This document shows positions 1-9,403 of a stretch of 64,000 bases of DNA, one piece after another. The notes beneath the pieces are model-generated. The model saw only the letters and a program-made list of their open reading frames with translations. It ran no database searches and was not told the DNA's origin. Origin of the DNA: Rhodospirillaceae bacterium (lineage in GTDB: Bacteria; Pseudomonadota; Alphaproteobacteria; UBA6615); NCBI GenBank assembly GCA_018702955.1, contig JABJEK010000022.1, positions 21,789-85,788 of the forward strand, given 5' to 3'. Made by a program: the position numbers and the translations under genes. The stretch's first letter is position 1; each line of letters starts with the position of its first letter.

Positions 1-756
1 CGGCAGAATAATTGTCTCCATCACCTCCGCCTCGAGCGCTTCGGTCAGGGACGGGGCGGGAGAATAGGCGCCCATGCCGCCCGTGTTGGGTCCGGTATCG
101 CCGTCGCCGACAGCCTTGTGATCCTGGGCACCGGCCAATGGCAGCGCCGTCTCGCCGTCCACGAGCGCGAAGAAGGACAGCTCCTCGCCGGGAAGAAACT
201 CCTCGATGACGAGTTCGGCCCCGGCGTCGCCGAAGGCCTTGTCGCCCATCGCCTGATCCACCGCGTCGAGCGCTTCGTCGACGGATTGCGCGACCGTCAC
301 GCCCTTGCCGGCGGCGAGACCGTCCGCCTTGACCACGATCGGTGCACCATTTTTGCGGATGTATTCCTTCGCCGCTTCTGCATCCGTGAACCGTCCGTAA
401 CCGGCCGTCGGGATGTTGTGCCGGGCGCACAGATCCTTCATGAAACCCTTGGAGCCTTCGAGCATCGCGGCGTCGGCGCGGGGGCCGAAGGCCTTGATTC
501 CCAGGGCGTCGAGCCGGTCGACCAGGCCCAGAACCAGCGGGCCTTCCGGGCCGACCACGACCAGATCGATTGTTTGTTCCTGGGCGAAGGCGACCAGCCC
601 GTCCACGTCGTCGGCGGCAATCGCGACGCATTCGGCCTCCTGCGCGATGCCCGCATTACCCGGCGCGCAGTAGAGCGCATCGCACAGCGGAGAGGCGGCG
701 ATTGCCCAGCACAGCGCGTGTTCGCGCCCGCCGCCACCGACAACCAAAATACGCAT
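1..756 (-). CDS. purD: Phosphoribosylamine-glycine ligase (runs off window start; 3' part missing)
   Basis: Not in the ORF track. The minus strand from ATG at 756 reads [37 protein letters not shown]..., the canonical PurD N-terminus. Divergent from xseA. Confidence 0.95.
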   Translation of the reverse strand, partial: MRILVVGGGGREHALCWAIAASPLCDALYCAPGNAGIAQEAECVAIAADDVDGLVAFAQEQTIDLVVVGPEGPLVLGLVDRLDALGIKAFGPRADAAMLEGSKGFMKDLCARHNIPTAGYGRFTDAEAAKEYIRKNGAPIVVKADGLAAGKGVTVAQSVDEALDAVDQAMGDKAFGDAGAELVIEEFLPGEELSFFALVDGETALPLAGAQDHKAVGDGDTGPNTGGMGAYSPAPSLTEALEAEVMETIILP

Positions 757-820
757 TTCCGCGATCCTTCTTTGGGTCCTTCGTTTCGAGGCCGGCAGTT
801 TGTATCATGGGGGTGATTCG

Positions 821-2398
821 ATGAACCAGACGCCCCCCGATACCCCCGACCTGCTGGATGCAGAACCCGGCGACAATCAGCCCCCCGTGCTGTCGGTCGG
901 TGAACTGTCCGGTGCGGTCAAACGCACGGTCGAGGACAGCTTCGGCTATGTGCGCGTTCGCGGCGAGGTGTCGGGATTCAAGCGTGCCGCCTCGGGCCAT
1001 CTTTACATGACCCTGAAAGACGCCGACGCGATGATCGACGGCGTGTGCTGGCGTGGCTCCGCGGGCCGGCTTGAAGTGCAGCCCGAGGATGGGCTCGAGG
1101 TGATCGTGACCGGTCGGGTGACAACCTATCCGGCGCGTTCCAAGTATCAGCTCGTGATCGAGCGGCTGGAAGTGGCCGGCGAGGGCGCGCTCCTCAAGAT
1201 GATCGAGGAGCGGCGCAAGCGGCTTGCCGCCGAGGGCCTGTTCGAAGCCGAACGCAAGGCGGACATTCCCTACCTGCCCGAGGTGATCGGCGTCGTGACG
1301 TCCCCGACGGGGGCGGTCATCCGCGATATTCTGCATCGGCTGGCGGATCGATTCCCGCGCCATGTGCTGGTCTGGCCGGTGCTGGTGCAGGGTGATAACG
1401 CGGCGGCCCAGATCACCGCCGCCATCGAGGGGTTCAACCGGCTGACACCGGACGGGCCGGTACCGCGCCCGGATCTGCTGATTGTCGCGCGCGGCGGCGG
1501 GTCGCTCGAGGACCTGATGGCATTCAACGAGGAGAATGTGGTCCGTGCGGCGGCCGGGAGTGAGATTCCGCTCATTTCGGCGGTCGGGCACGAGACCGAC
1601 ACGACCCTGATCGATTTCGCATCCGACAAACGCGCACCCACCCCCACGGCCGCGGCCGAGATGGCGGTGCCCGTGCGCAGCGACCTGATTGCGCAGGTCG
1701 GCGAGGACGGTGCGCGCCTGACCGGTGCGATCACCCGGTTGGTGCGCTCGCGCAACCAGGAGGTCACGGCGTTGGGTCGGGGGCTGCCGGCACCACGGCG
1801 GATTCTCGAAGGTGCCATGCAGCGGGTCGATGACTGGGCCGAGCGGCTGCACCCTGCACTGACGCGCGTGATGCGGTCGAAAGACGAGGCGGTGACGGCA
1901 CAGGGCCGCCAACTCGTCCAGCCGGACCAGTATGTCGAAGCCAAGCGCCGGGACCTGGCATCCATGGTGGCGCGCCTGGCGGCGGTGAAATCGGCCGGAG
2001 ACGGCAGGATCGAACGCGATCTTCGGGACACGCGATCGTTCGGCCAGCGGCTCGATCAGGCGGCGGGTCGTGTTTTGGCTACAGCGGGGCAGAAAATCAG
2101 CGGACTGGACAGCCTGCTTGAGAGCTATTCCTACAAGGGCGTGCTCGAGCGTGGGTTTGTACTGGTGCGTGATGCCGGCGGCGCGCCGGTGCTGGCCGCC
2201 GACGCGTTGACGCCGGGTGACGGCATTTCCCTCAGCTTCCGCGACGACGGGGTCGTCGGTGCGACGGTCGACAGCGTCGGCGGGGATGGTCCTGCCGCGC
2301 GGCCGGCCAAGCCGCGAAAGCCGAAGCCGGCTGCGGCGGCAAAGAAAAAGCCCGCGAAGAAAGACCCGAACGACGACCCGCAAGGGTCCCTCTTGTGA
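821..2398 (+). CDS. xseA: Exodeoxyribonuclease VII large subunit
   Basis: OB-fold VRGEVSGFK..SGHLY, VTSPTGAVIRDI, ARGGGSLEDL, SAVGHETD, APTPTAAAE. ATG 821 preferred over TTG 800. Confidence 0.97.
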   Translation: MNQTPPDTPDLLDAEPGDNQPPVLSVGELSGAVKRTVEDSFGYVRVRGEVSGFKRAASGHLYMTLKDADAMIDGVCWRGSAGRLEVQPEDGLEVIVTGRVTTYPARSKYQLVIERLEVAGEGALLKMIEERRKRLAAEGLFEAERKADIPYLPEVIGVVTSPTGAVIRDILHRLADRFPRHVLVWPVLVQGDNAAAQITAAIEGFNRLTPDGPVPRPDLLIVARGGGSLEDLMAFNEENVVRAAAGSEIPLISAVGHETDTTLIDFASDKRAPTPTAAAEMAVPVRSDLIAQVGEDGARLTGAITRLVRSRNQEVTALGRGLPAPRRILEGAMQRVDDWAERLHPALTRVMRSKDEAVTAQGRQLVQPDQYVEAKRRDLASMVARLAAVKSAGDGRIERDLRDTRSFGQRLDQAAGRVLATAGQKISGLDSLLESYSYKGVLERGFVLVRDAGGAPVLAADALTPGDGISLSFRDDGVVGATVDSVGGDGPAARPAKPRKPKPAAAAKKKPAKKDPNDDPQGSLL

Positions 2399-3213
2399 GG
2401 TACTGGGTCGCGGCGGTTTTTATGCTTGTCGTGTCGTCCGGTCCGGGTTGGGCGCTCGAGCTGCGGGGCGAATTTACGCAAGGCGCACTCGTGACCGGCA
2501 CGGCCGAGCCGGGGTCGCAGGTCATGCTCGATGGCAAGCCGCTCCGGATCGACGCACACAGCGGACGCTTCGTATTCGGTATCCACAGGGACCGCACGAA
2601 GCCCTTCTCGTTGGAGATCAATTATCGCGACGGGCGCCGCGAGATCAGGAGCCTGCCGGTGCGGGTGCGTGACTATGACATCGAGCGAATTGACGGCTTG
2701 CCGCCCCGCAAGGTCACGCCCGATGCAAATGATCTGGAACGTATTCACCGTGAGGCGCGACTGATCTCTGCGGCCCGGGCCCGCGATAGCGAAAGCCCGC
2801 TTTTTGAGGCCGGGTTCAGCTGGCCGGTGACGGGCCGGATCAGCGGCCGCTATGGCAACCAGCGTATTCTCAACGGAAAGCCGCGCCGGCCCCATCTGGG
2901 GATCGATATCGCCGCACCGCGCGGGACGTCGGTTTTGGCGTCCGCGCCAGGTGTGGTGGTGCTGGCGGAATCCGATATGTTTTACACCGGTGGCACGGTC
3001 GTGGTGGACCACGGCCATGGGCTGACGACGATTTACTCTCATCTTGAGCGCGTCGACGTCGGAAACGGGCAACAGGTTGTGACCGGGGCGCAGATCGGGA
3101 CCGTGGGGTCCACCGGACGCTCGACCGGGCCGCACCTCGACTGGCGGATCAACTGGTTCGATGTTCGGCTGGATCCGGAGTTGATCGCCGGCCCGATGCT
3201 GTCTGGTCGCTAG
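2395..3213 (+). CDS. M23 family metallopeptidase with signal peptide
   Basis: HLGIDIAAP (HxxxD), YSHL, STGPHLDW (HxH-like) motifs; hydrophobic N-terminus; start overlaps the xseA stop (GTGA). Confidence 0.9.
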   Translation: MRYWVAAVFMLVVSSGPGWALELRGEFTQGALVTGTAEPGSQVMLDGKPLRIDAHSGRFVFGIHRDRTKPFSLEINYRDGRREIRSLPVRVRDYDIERIDGLPPRKVTPDANDLERIHREARLISAARARDSESPLFEAGFSWPVTGRISGRYGNQRILNGKPRRPHLGIDIAAPRGTSVLASAPGVVVLAESDMFYTGGTVVVDHGHGLTTIYSHLERVDVGNGQQVVTGAQIGTVGSTGRSTGPHLDWRINWFDVRLDPELIAGPMLSGR

Positions 3214-4187
3214 CGCGCTACCGCGTTGATTTTTCTGGCCAGGAAATCCTCGATTGCGGCGGGATCGTCCCAGACGAATTTCACCGGCAGGGCTTCCACC
3301 CTGTCTTTAAAGGCGGAAGGTACCCGCACCGCATCCTTTTCCGTCGTGATCGGGGTCGCGTCGAGGGCGTCGGCTTCGGCGCAGATTCGTGTGATCTCGC
3401 TGTTCGAGAATGGGTGGTGGTCCGCGAAGGTATATGTTGCGACTACCTCGCAGCCGATCGTTTTGAGCGTGTCGAAGAACTTGCCCGGCCGACCGATCCC
3501 GGCGAAGGCAATGACCCGGCGTCCCGACCATTCTGCATGGTCGACGGCTGCCAGAATGCGCCCGGAGAGAACCGGCATCGAGGCCCGTGTCCTCTTTGCG
3601 AGTCCGGCGCGATCTTCGCCGACGATGACCATCGCGTCGGCACGCGCCAATCCCTTGGCAACGGGTTCGCGCAGCGGCCCAGCGGGGATGAGTTGGCCGT
3701 TGCCGAAGCCGGTCTCGCCGTCGATCACGACGATCCCGACATCTTTGGTTAGTGCGGGATTCTGATACCCGTCATCCATCACAATCAGCCGCGCCCCGTC
3801 CTTGATGGCGGCCTTGCCCCCGGCTACCCGATCACGCGCCACCCAGGTGGGCGCCATCTGGCTCAGCAACAGCGCCTCATCGCCGACTTCGGTGGATGTA
3901 TGGAATTTGGGCGAGACACGGACCGGACCGGCCAGGCGGCCGCCATAGCCCCGCGTCAGGAACGCCAGGTCATCACGTTCCAGGATACTGGCGATACTCA
4001 AGGCCACGGGTGTCTTGCCGGCACCGCCGGCGACGAGGTTGCCGACACAAAGGACCATGGCATCGATGCGCGTGGGTTTGGCGAAGGATTTGTTGAGCGC
4101 ACCAGCGAGCCGGTACGCGCAACCGAGTGGGCTGAGCAGCTTGCCCAGCGGCGCGTTCGGTCGGGACCAGAAATCGGGTGCCTTCAT
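3210..4187 (-). CDS. lpxK: Tetraacyldisaccharide 4'-kinase
   Basis: VGNLVAGGAGKTP, RGYGG, GDEALLL, DDGYQN, PAGPLRE, TTEKDAVR motifs. Confidence 0.97.
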   Translation of the reverse strand: MKAPDFWSRPNAPLGKLLSPLGCAYRLAGALNKSFAKPTRIDAMVLCVGNLVAGGAGKTPVALSIASILERDDLAFLTRGYGGRLAGPVRVSPKFHTSTEVGDEALLLSQMAPTWVARDRVAGGKAAIKDGARLIVMDDGYQNPALTKDVGIVVIDGETGFGNGQLIPAGPLREPVAKGLARADAMVIVGEDRAGLAKRTRASMPVLSGRILAAVDHAEWSGRRVIAFAGIGRPGKFFDTLKTIGCEVVATYTFADHHPFSNSEITRICAEADALDATPITTEKDAVRVPSAFKDRVEALPVKFVWDDPAAIEDFLARKINAVAR

Positions 4188-5506
4188 GACGCGCTCGAAA
4201 CGGCATTTGCGATCACGGGCTGCAGGCGGCGCATGACAAGGTCGATGACCTCCTGCTTGCGGCCCGCGGCGCCGGCGGCGGCTTCCGCCATTGCGTCCGC
4301 GCGCTCCGGTGATGCCAGCAACGCCCCGACGGCCTGCTGCAGCTCGTCACCATCGGCCACTTCCCGGCTCGCGCCGGCGGCCTGCATCTCACTTGTGATC
4401 GACCGGAAATTGTCGATATGCGGGCCATAAAGAACGGCGCAGCGCAGTTGTGCGGCTTCCAGCATGTTCTGACCACCATGGGGGATCAGGGACCCGCCGA
4501 TGAAGGCGATGGGCGCGACGCGGTAAAGCTGTCCCAGCAGCCCCGTGCCGTCGGCCAGGTAGATGTTCGTTTCGGCTGTGATCGTCTCGCCGCGCGACCA
4601 GCGCGCGACGGACAGGCCGGACGCGATCAACGTCTGCTCGATGTCGTCGCCGCGCTGTGGATGGCGTGGCGCCAGCAGGGTCAACAGGTCGGGATACTTG
4701 CCCGCGAGGCCTCGATGCACCGCGCCGACGATTTCCTCTTCGCCGCGATGGGTGCTGGTCGCGACCCAGGTCGGGCGGCCACCGATTGCATCCTGCAGTT
4801 CGATCAACGACGCGGCGGTTGCCGGTAAGGGGGCGGCCGCCAGTTTCAGGTTGCCGGTCACCGAGACATTCCGGGCCCCCAGCGCCTCAAGCCGTGCAGC
4901 GATTTCCTGATCCTGGGCCAGGATGGTGTCGAAGCATGACAGCAGCTCGCGGGCGATTTTGGGGGCGCGCGCCCAGCTGGCGCGTGAATGTTCCGACATG
5001 CGCGCATTGACCAGCGCCAGGGGAATGCCCGCGCGTCGCGATTCGAGCAGCAGGTTCGGCCAGAGCTCGGACTCGACCCACAGGGCCGCTGCGGGTCGCC
5101 AATATTCGAGGAACCGGCGCACCCAGGCGGCCCGATCAACGGGCACATATTGATGAATCGCCCGCGGCGGAAGCCGTTCGCCCATCATGCGGGCCGAGGT
5201 GACGGTGCCGGTGGTCATCAGGATTTTTAGTTCCGGGTCGGCGCGCAGAATCCGTTCGATGAGCACCAGCACCGACTGGGCCTCGCCGATGCTCGCGGCA
5301 TGAATCCATATGATGGCCCCCGACGGGCGCTGGATTGAGGGGATGCCGCGGCGTTCGTCGATGCGCGAGGGCTCCTCCTTGCCGCGCATCAGGCGCCGCT
5401 GGAGCAGGAGTTCGACCAGCGGCAGCCCTGCCGTGGTGACACCGCGATACAGGCTGGTGGCGAAAGTGGATGTGCCCCTGTTTCCGGGCCGGTCGTCCCC
5501 GGTCAT
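4184..5506 (-). CDS. waaA: 3-deoxy-D-manno-octulosonic acid (Kdo) transferase
   Basis: WIHAASIGE, ESELWPN, TGNLK, STHRGEE, APRHPQR, GGQNMLEAA; overlaps lpxK. Confidence 0.96.
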   Translation of the reverse strand: MTGDDRPGNRGTSTFATSLYRGVTTAGLPLVELLLQRRLMRGKEEPSRIDERRGIPSIQRPSGAIIWIHAASIGEAQSVLVLIERILRADPELKILMTTGTVTSARMMGERLPPRAIHQYVPVDRAAWVRRFLEYWRPAAALWVESELWPNLLLESRRAGIPLALVNARMSEHSRASWARAPKIARELLSCFDTILAQDQEIAARLEALGARNVSVTGNLKLAAAPLPATAASLIELQDAIGGRPTWVATSTHRGEEEIVGAVHRGLAGKYPDLLTLLAPRHPQRGDDIEQTLIASGLSVARWSRGETITAETNIYLADGTGLLGQLYRVAPIAFIGGSLIPHGGQNMLEAAQLRCAVLYGPHIDNFRSITSEMQAAGASREVADGDELQQAVGALLASPERADAMAEAAAGAAGRKQEVIDLVMRRLQPVIANAVSSAS

Positions 5507-7332
5507 CCGTGCGCGCGTTCGGCGTCCGGCGCGCTGCCGTCTTCGGGGGTGGACGTGCTGCCGGCGGGCCCCGGCTCGCGGAACTGTAGCCGGCTCAACC
5601 GCGCATACAGGCCATCACGCGCCTGGAGTTCTGCATGTGTGCCGTTCTCGACGACCCGACCGCCATCCATCACCAGAATTTGGTCGGCATTCATGACCGT
5701 CGCGAGGCGATGGGCGATGACCAATGTGGTGCGATTGGCCGTCAGCCGTTCGAGTGCGACCTGCACCTGTTGTTCGGATTCCGCATCCAGTGCGCTTGTT
5801 GCTTCATCAAGCAGGAGGATGGGGGCGTTCTTGAGCATCGCGCGCGCGATGGCGACGCGCTGGCGCTCGCCGCCGGAAAGGGACGAACCGCGATCCCCGA
5901 CCACGGTGTCGTAGCCATCCGGGAGTGCCGAGACGAAATCATGGGCGGCGGCATCACGGGCCGCGGCAATCACCTCGTCGTCCGTGGCGTCGGGCCGGCC
6001 GTAACGGATATTGGCGGCGACAGTATCGTTGAACAGGGTGATATCCTGGCTGACGAGTGCGATGGCATCGCGCAGGCTGGCCATGGTCAGGCTGCGCACA
6101 TCCTGACCGTCGATGGCGAGGATTCCGCTATCGACATCATTGAACCGAAGCACGAGGTTCATCACCGTGGACTTGCCGGCACCACTTGGGCCGACCAGCG
6201 CCACGGTCTGGCCTGCCGGGATGGTCAAATCCACCTCGTTGAGGGCCGGTTTGTCGGGTGTATAGGCGAATGTCACCTTGTCGAAGGTGACGCTCCCGCC
6301 CGAAAGGGCAAGGTCACGGGCATCGGGCGCATCAACGATCTTGGCCGGGGTGTCGAGCAGGTTGAAGCTGCGCTGGACCGCTGCCAGCCCTTCCTGCAGG
6401 GCGGCGTTGAGATTTCCCAGGCTGCGAACCGGCTGGTAGGCCAGAATCACGGCGGCCAGGAAGCCCACGAATTCACCGAGCGTTCCGGTGCCGGACAAAA
6501 TCCGCCAGCCCCCATAGCCCAGGACCGCGGCGACCGACGTCCCGCCGATGGTTTCGAGAAACGGATAGGTGCGCGCGCGCCCCTTCACCGTCTTCATCAC
6601 CAGATGGTAGATGCGGTCAAACAACGCGTCCGCGCGCGAGCGTTCGTAATCCTCCATCCGATACGACTTGATCAGGCGAATGCCCGAGAAGGCCTGCTCA
6701 AGATTGGAGGTCAGTTCACCCATCCCGGATTGGGCATTCGAGGATGCGCGGCGCAGGCGTCGCCCGATCCGGATGACCGGCCGGCCGGCCAGCGGGAAGG
6801 TGATGATGACAATGATCGCGAGCAGCCAGTCGAGATAGAACATCATCCCGATCAGCGCGGCGGCGGTGACAAAATCGCGGGCCATGGCCGTCAGCGTTCG
6901 TGACAGGGCGTCGCGCATCACGTTCACATCGTTGGTGAAGCGTGAAATGAGCTTGCCCGTCGATGTCTCATGATGGGCCTGCAGGTCCGCACGCATCAGG
7001 TGGGCGAACATGGCCTTCTGTATCGCGTTGATGACGCGCAAGGCGACCGACTGGCTCAGGACGCTTTGGCCGTAGGAGGCCAGACCCTTGATGAATGTCA
7101 CCAGGATGATCGCCAGGGGCATCATCCAGACCACGTTCGCATTCTTGGCCTCAAGCATATCGATCGATGTTTCGATCAGCTTGGGGTAGGCGGCGGACGC
7201 GGCGGCCACGATGATCATCAGGACGACGGCCATGCCGACCCGGCCCTTGTAGGCGCTCATCCAGTCGCGCCACATCCGGCCAATCAAATGGCTTGTGGTG
7301 TCTGTCCGGGAACTCTGCGGGGATTCCTGCAT
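5503..7332 (-). CDS. msbA: MsbA-like lipid A ABC exporter (fused TMD-NBD)
   Basis: N-terminal TM domain; Walker A GPSGAGKST, LSGGERQR, LLLDEATSALD, IAHRL; operon with waaA-lpxK. Confidence 0.85.
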   Translation of the reverse strand: MQESPQSSRTDTTSHLIGRMWRDWMSAYKGRVGMAVVLMIIVAAASAAYPKLIETSIDMLEAKNANVVWMMPLAIILVTFIKGLASYGQSVLSQSVALRVINAIQKAMFAHLMRADLQAHHETSTGKLISRFTNDVNVMRDALSRTLTAMARDFVTAAALIGMMFYLDWLLAIIVIITFPLAGRPVIRIGRRLRRASSNAQSGMGELTSNLEQAFSGIRLIKSYRMEDYERSRADALFDRIYHLVMKTVKGRARTYPFLETIGGTSVAAVLGYGGWRILSGTGTLGEFVGFLAAVILAYQPVRSLGNLNAALQEGLAAVQRSFNLLDTPAKIVDAPDARDLALSGGSVTFDKVTFAYTPDKPALNEVDLTIPAGQTVALVGPSGAGKSTVMNLVLRFNDVDSGILAIDGQDVRSLTMASLRDAIALVSQDITLFNDTVAANIRYGRPDATDDEVIAAARDAAAHDFVSALPDGYDTVVGDRGSSLSGGERQRVAIARAMLKNAPILLLDEATSALDAESEQQVQVALERLTANRTTLVIAHRLATVMNADQILVMDGGRVVENGTHAELQARDGLYARLSRLQFREPGPAGSTSTPEDGSAPDAERAHG

Positions 7333-7367
7333 GATGCGGTTGTCGCCGCCTCCGTTGATCGCGCGCC

Positions 7368-7418
7368 GAATCGAGCCATAAGTGCCGTTATCGATGCAAG
7401 CCTAACATGGCTCGATTC
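7368..7418. repeat. Perfect 12-bp inverted repeat (GAATCGAGCCAT-N27-ATGGCTCGATTC) with GANTC at both outer ends
   Basis: Read directly: arms at 7368-7379 and 7407-7418, in the divergent msbA/methyltransferase intergenic region. Confidence 0.85.
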
Positions 7419-7514
7419 ACCATGCGCCGACCCGTATCAGACGGGCCTGTTGCGATTCCCGCTGCGATGGTAAAGCTAGCCTGATTGCGAATGGTGCAAT
7501 CAGCGAGGGAATAC

Positions 7515-8351
7515 ATGTCCGCAGCCGAGAATCTTGGCGAACTTCTACACAGGAATTGCCCGAATTGCGAAACCGACAATTCGAGCCGGCCTGCACTCGA
7601 CTATTCGTGGCAGGACTGGAAGCTCCGTAAATGCGGTGCCTGCGGGTTCGTATATCTTGAAAATCCCCCGGATTATGCGGATTTCAAGGTGGTATTCGCT
7701 TGGGAAAAGAACCATGGCGACCGCAAGGTACGGATGCGCAAGGAGTATCCCCTGGCGTATGGGATTTCACGTGCCTGGCGGAAATTCTATCGCTGGGCCG
7801 TCCGCAAACCCGACAAGCTGATTAAGCGCATCAACAAATGGGTACCGCCCGGCCTGGTGATCGATGTGGGCTGCGGCAACGCGGATCGATTGCTGTCGTT
7901 GCCCGAACATTACGAAACCAGCGGAATCGAAATTTCCAAGGCGCTGGCCGAAGAGGCACAAGAGTTATTGGCGACGCGTGGTGGCAGCATCACCAATTTG
8001 CCCGCTGTCGAAGGCTTGGCGAGCTACGAGGCGGGAACGGCCAGCGGCGTTCTGATGCGCTCCTTCCTCGAACATGAACAAAAGCCGGTCGAACTGCTGT
8101 CCCATGCGGCGCGGGTGCTCAAGCCGGATGGCGTGGCCATCATCAAGGTCCCGAATTTCTCAAGCATCAACCGACGGGTGATGGGGTCGCGCTGGTGCGG
8201 CTTCCGGTTCCCGGGCCATGTGAATTACTTCACGCCGGCAAGCCTGCGCTCGATGGTCGAGGACGCCGGCCTCTCCGCAGTCGGGTTCGGATTTTTCGAC
8301 CGGTTCCCGTTGAGCGACAATATGTGGATGGTGGTGCGCAAGGGCGGGTGA
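7515..8351 (+). CDS. Class I SAM-dependent methyltransferase with N-terminal CxxC...CxxC zinc ribbon
   Basis: CPNC...CGAC; motif I VIDVGCGN; FLEH; LKPDG..IIKVPN; HVNYFTPASL. ATG 7515 follows the RBS GAGGGA. Confidence 0.85.
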   Translation: MSAAENLGELLHRNCPNCETDNSSRPALDYSWQDWKLRKCGACGFVYLENPPDYADFKVVFAWEKNHGDRKVRMRKEYPLAYGISRAWRKFYRWAVRKPDKLIKRINKWVPPGLVIDVGCGNADRLLSLPEHYETSGIEISKALAEEAQELLATRGGSITNLPAVEGLASYEAGTASGVLMRSFLEHEQKPVELLSHAARVLKPDGVAIIKVPNFSSINRRVMGSRWCGFRFPGHVNYFTPASLRSMVEDAGLSAVGFGFFDRFPLSDNMWMVVRKGG

Positions 8352-8384
8352 GCCGGGCCGCATCTTCGATGAGGGGAAGCTGAC

Positions 8385-8930
8385 ATGACGCGTATCAAGA
8401 TTATCGACCGGGCGGACATGAACGCCGAACAGGCGAAGGTCCATGATGCCGCCAAGGAAAGCGGTGGTCCCGTCGGCGGACCGTTCTACGCTTATATTCG
8501 CATCCCCGATCTGTTCCAGGTGGCGCAAGACATGCGCGATACCCTCGGCGCCGGTCCGCTCAGCGAACGCGAGCGCCTGATCGTTTTCATGGTGGTCGCC
8601 CGGCATTGGAATGCGCGCTATCCCTGGTTCGCCCAGTCGCGCAACGCGCTGAAGATTGGCATTGAGCGGGGTATCGTCGACGCGATCAACGCCCGCGAAG
8701 TTCCCAATCTGACGGACGACCGCGAACGGACGAGCTACGAGGTTGCGCGCGAGCTCATGGAATCGAACAAGCTCAGTGATGCGTCCTACGCCGCCGCCGA
8801 GGCGGTGATGGGGGAGACAGACTTGATCGGTCTGGTCGCGGCCTCGGGCCAGTTTGTCATGACCTGTTGCACGGCGAACGCCTTCGAGGTCGATCCGCCG
8901 GCCGACGAACCCGCGCCGCTGCGCGTCTGA
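8385..8930 (+). CDS. Carboxymuconolactone decarboxylase (CMD/AhpD-like) family protein
   Basis: GPF..Y...P, LSERERLIV..VARHWN..Y.W pattern; RBS GAGGGG. Confidence 0.75.
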   Translation: MTRIKIIDRADMNAEQAKVHDAAKESGGPVGGPFYAYIRIPDLFQVAQDMRDTLGAGPLSERERLIVFMVVARHWNARYPWFAQSRNALKIGIERGIVDAINAREVPNLTDDRERTSYEVARELMESNKLSDASYAAAEAVMGETDLIGLVAASGQFVMTCCTANAFEVDPPADEPAPLRV

Positions 8931-8986
8931 GGTCACCCTCCGACGCGCCGCCGCTCACGGGTTGCCGGGTTCGGTGGGCCTTCCGG

Positions 8987-9403
8987 CTAGAAACTTCCGG
9001 GTGCGAAGAATTCGACGATCCCGATGATCGATGCGAGCAGCAGCACGATTCAGTTCATCGCGATACCGCTGGCGCGGTTGAAGCCCTCGGCGTTGCCCAT
9101 CAGGCCAATGGCATGAAGGCTGCGCGCGATCACCACGATCGCGCCGAGCACGCCAACGATGATCGGGTGCACGCCGACCATTTCGACCAGCCCCAGAATG
9201 ATTATCGTCGCCGGGACCCATTCCGAATGGTTGGCATGCGCGCGGATGCGGCGAATGAGCTGGTCATCGCCATTGTCGCCCCAGGGCATGTTGATCTTGT
9301 TGCGATACATGCTGACCCGGACGCCGAGAACGAGCTTCATCAACACCAGCAAGGATGAGACGAACAGCGTGATAAACGGTGCTTCTGCGGCGAAAGATTC
9401 CAT
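8987..9403 (-). pseudogene. MAPEG family membrane protein, copy A, with in-frame TGA at codon 118 (pseudogene, readthrough or sequence error)
   Basis: RAHAN.SEWVP and ARSLHA motifs. TGA at 9050-9052 aligns to Trp118 of the paralog at 11013-11429; the frame continues IVLLLASIIGIVEFFAPGSF to TAG at 8987-8989. Confidence 0.85.

Noticed and set aside
118..2383. Long ORFs 118..816 (+) and 656..2383 (-)
   Set aside because: Antisense shadows of purD and xseA; no motifs, and typical of high-GC DNA.
9050..9052. TGA as selenocysteine or as genome-wide UGA=Trp recoding
   Set aside because: It aligns to Trp, not Cys. Many intact genes here (xseA, gcvT, coxC, mutY) end properly at TGA, and Trp is TGG elsewhere.
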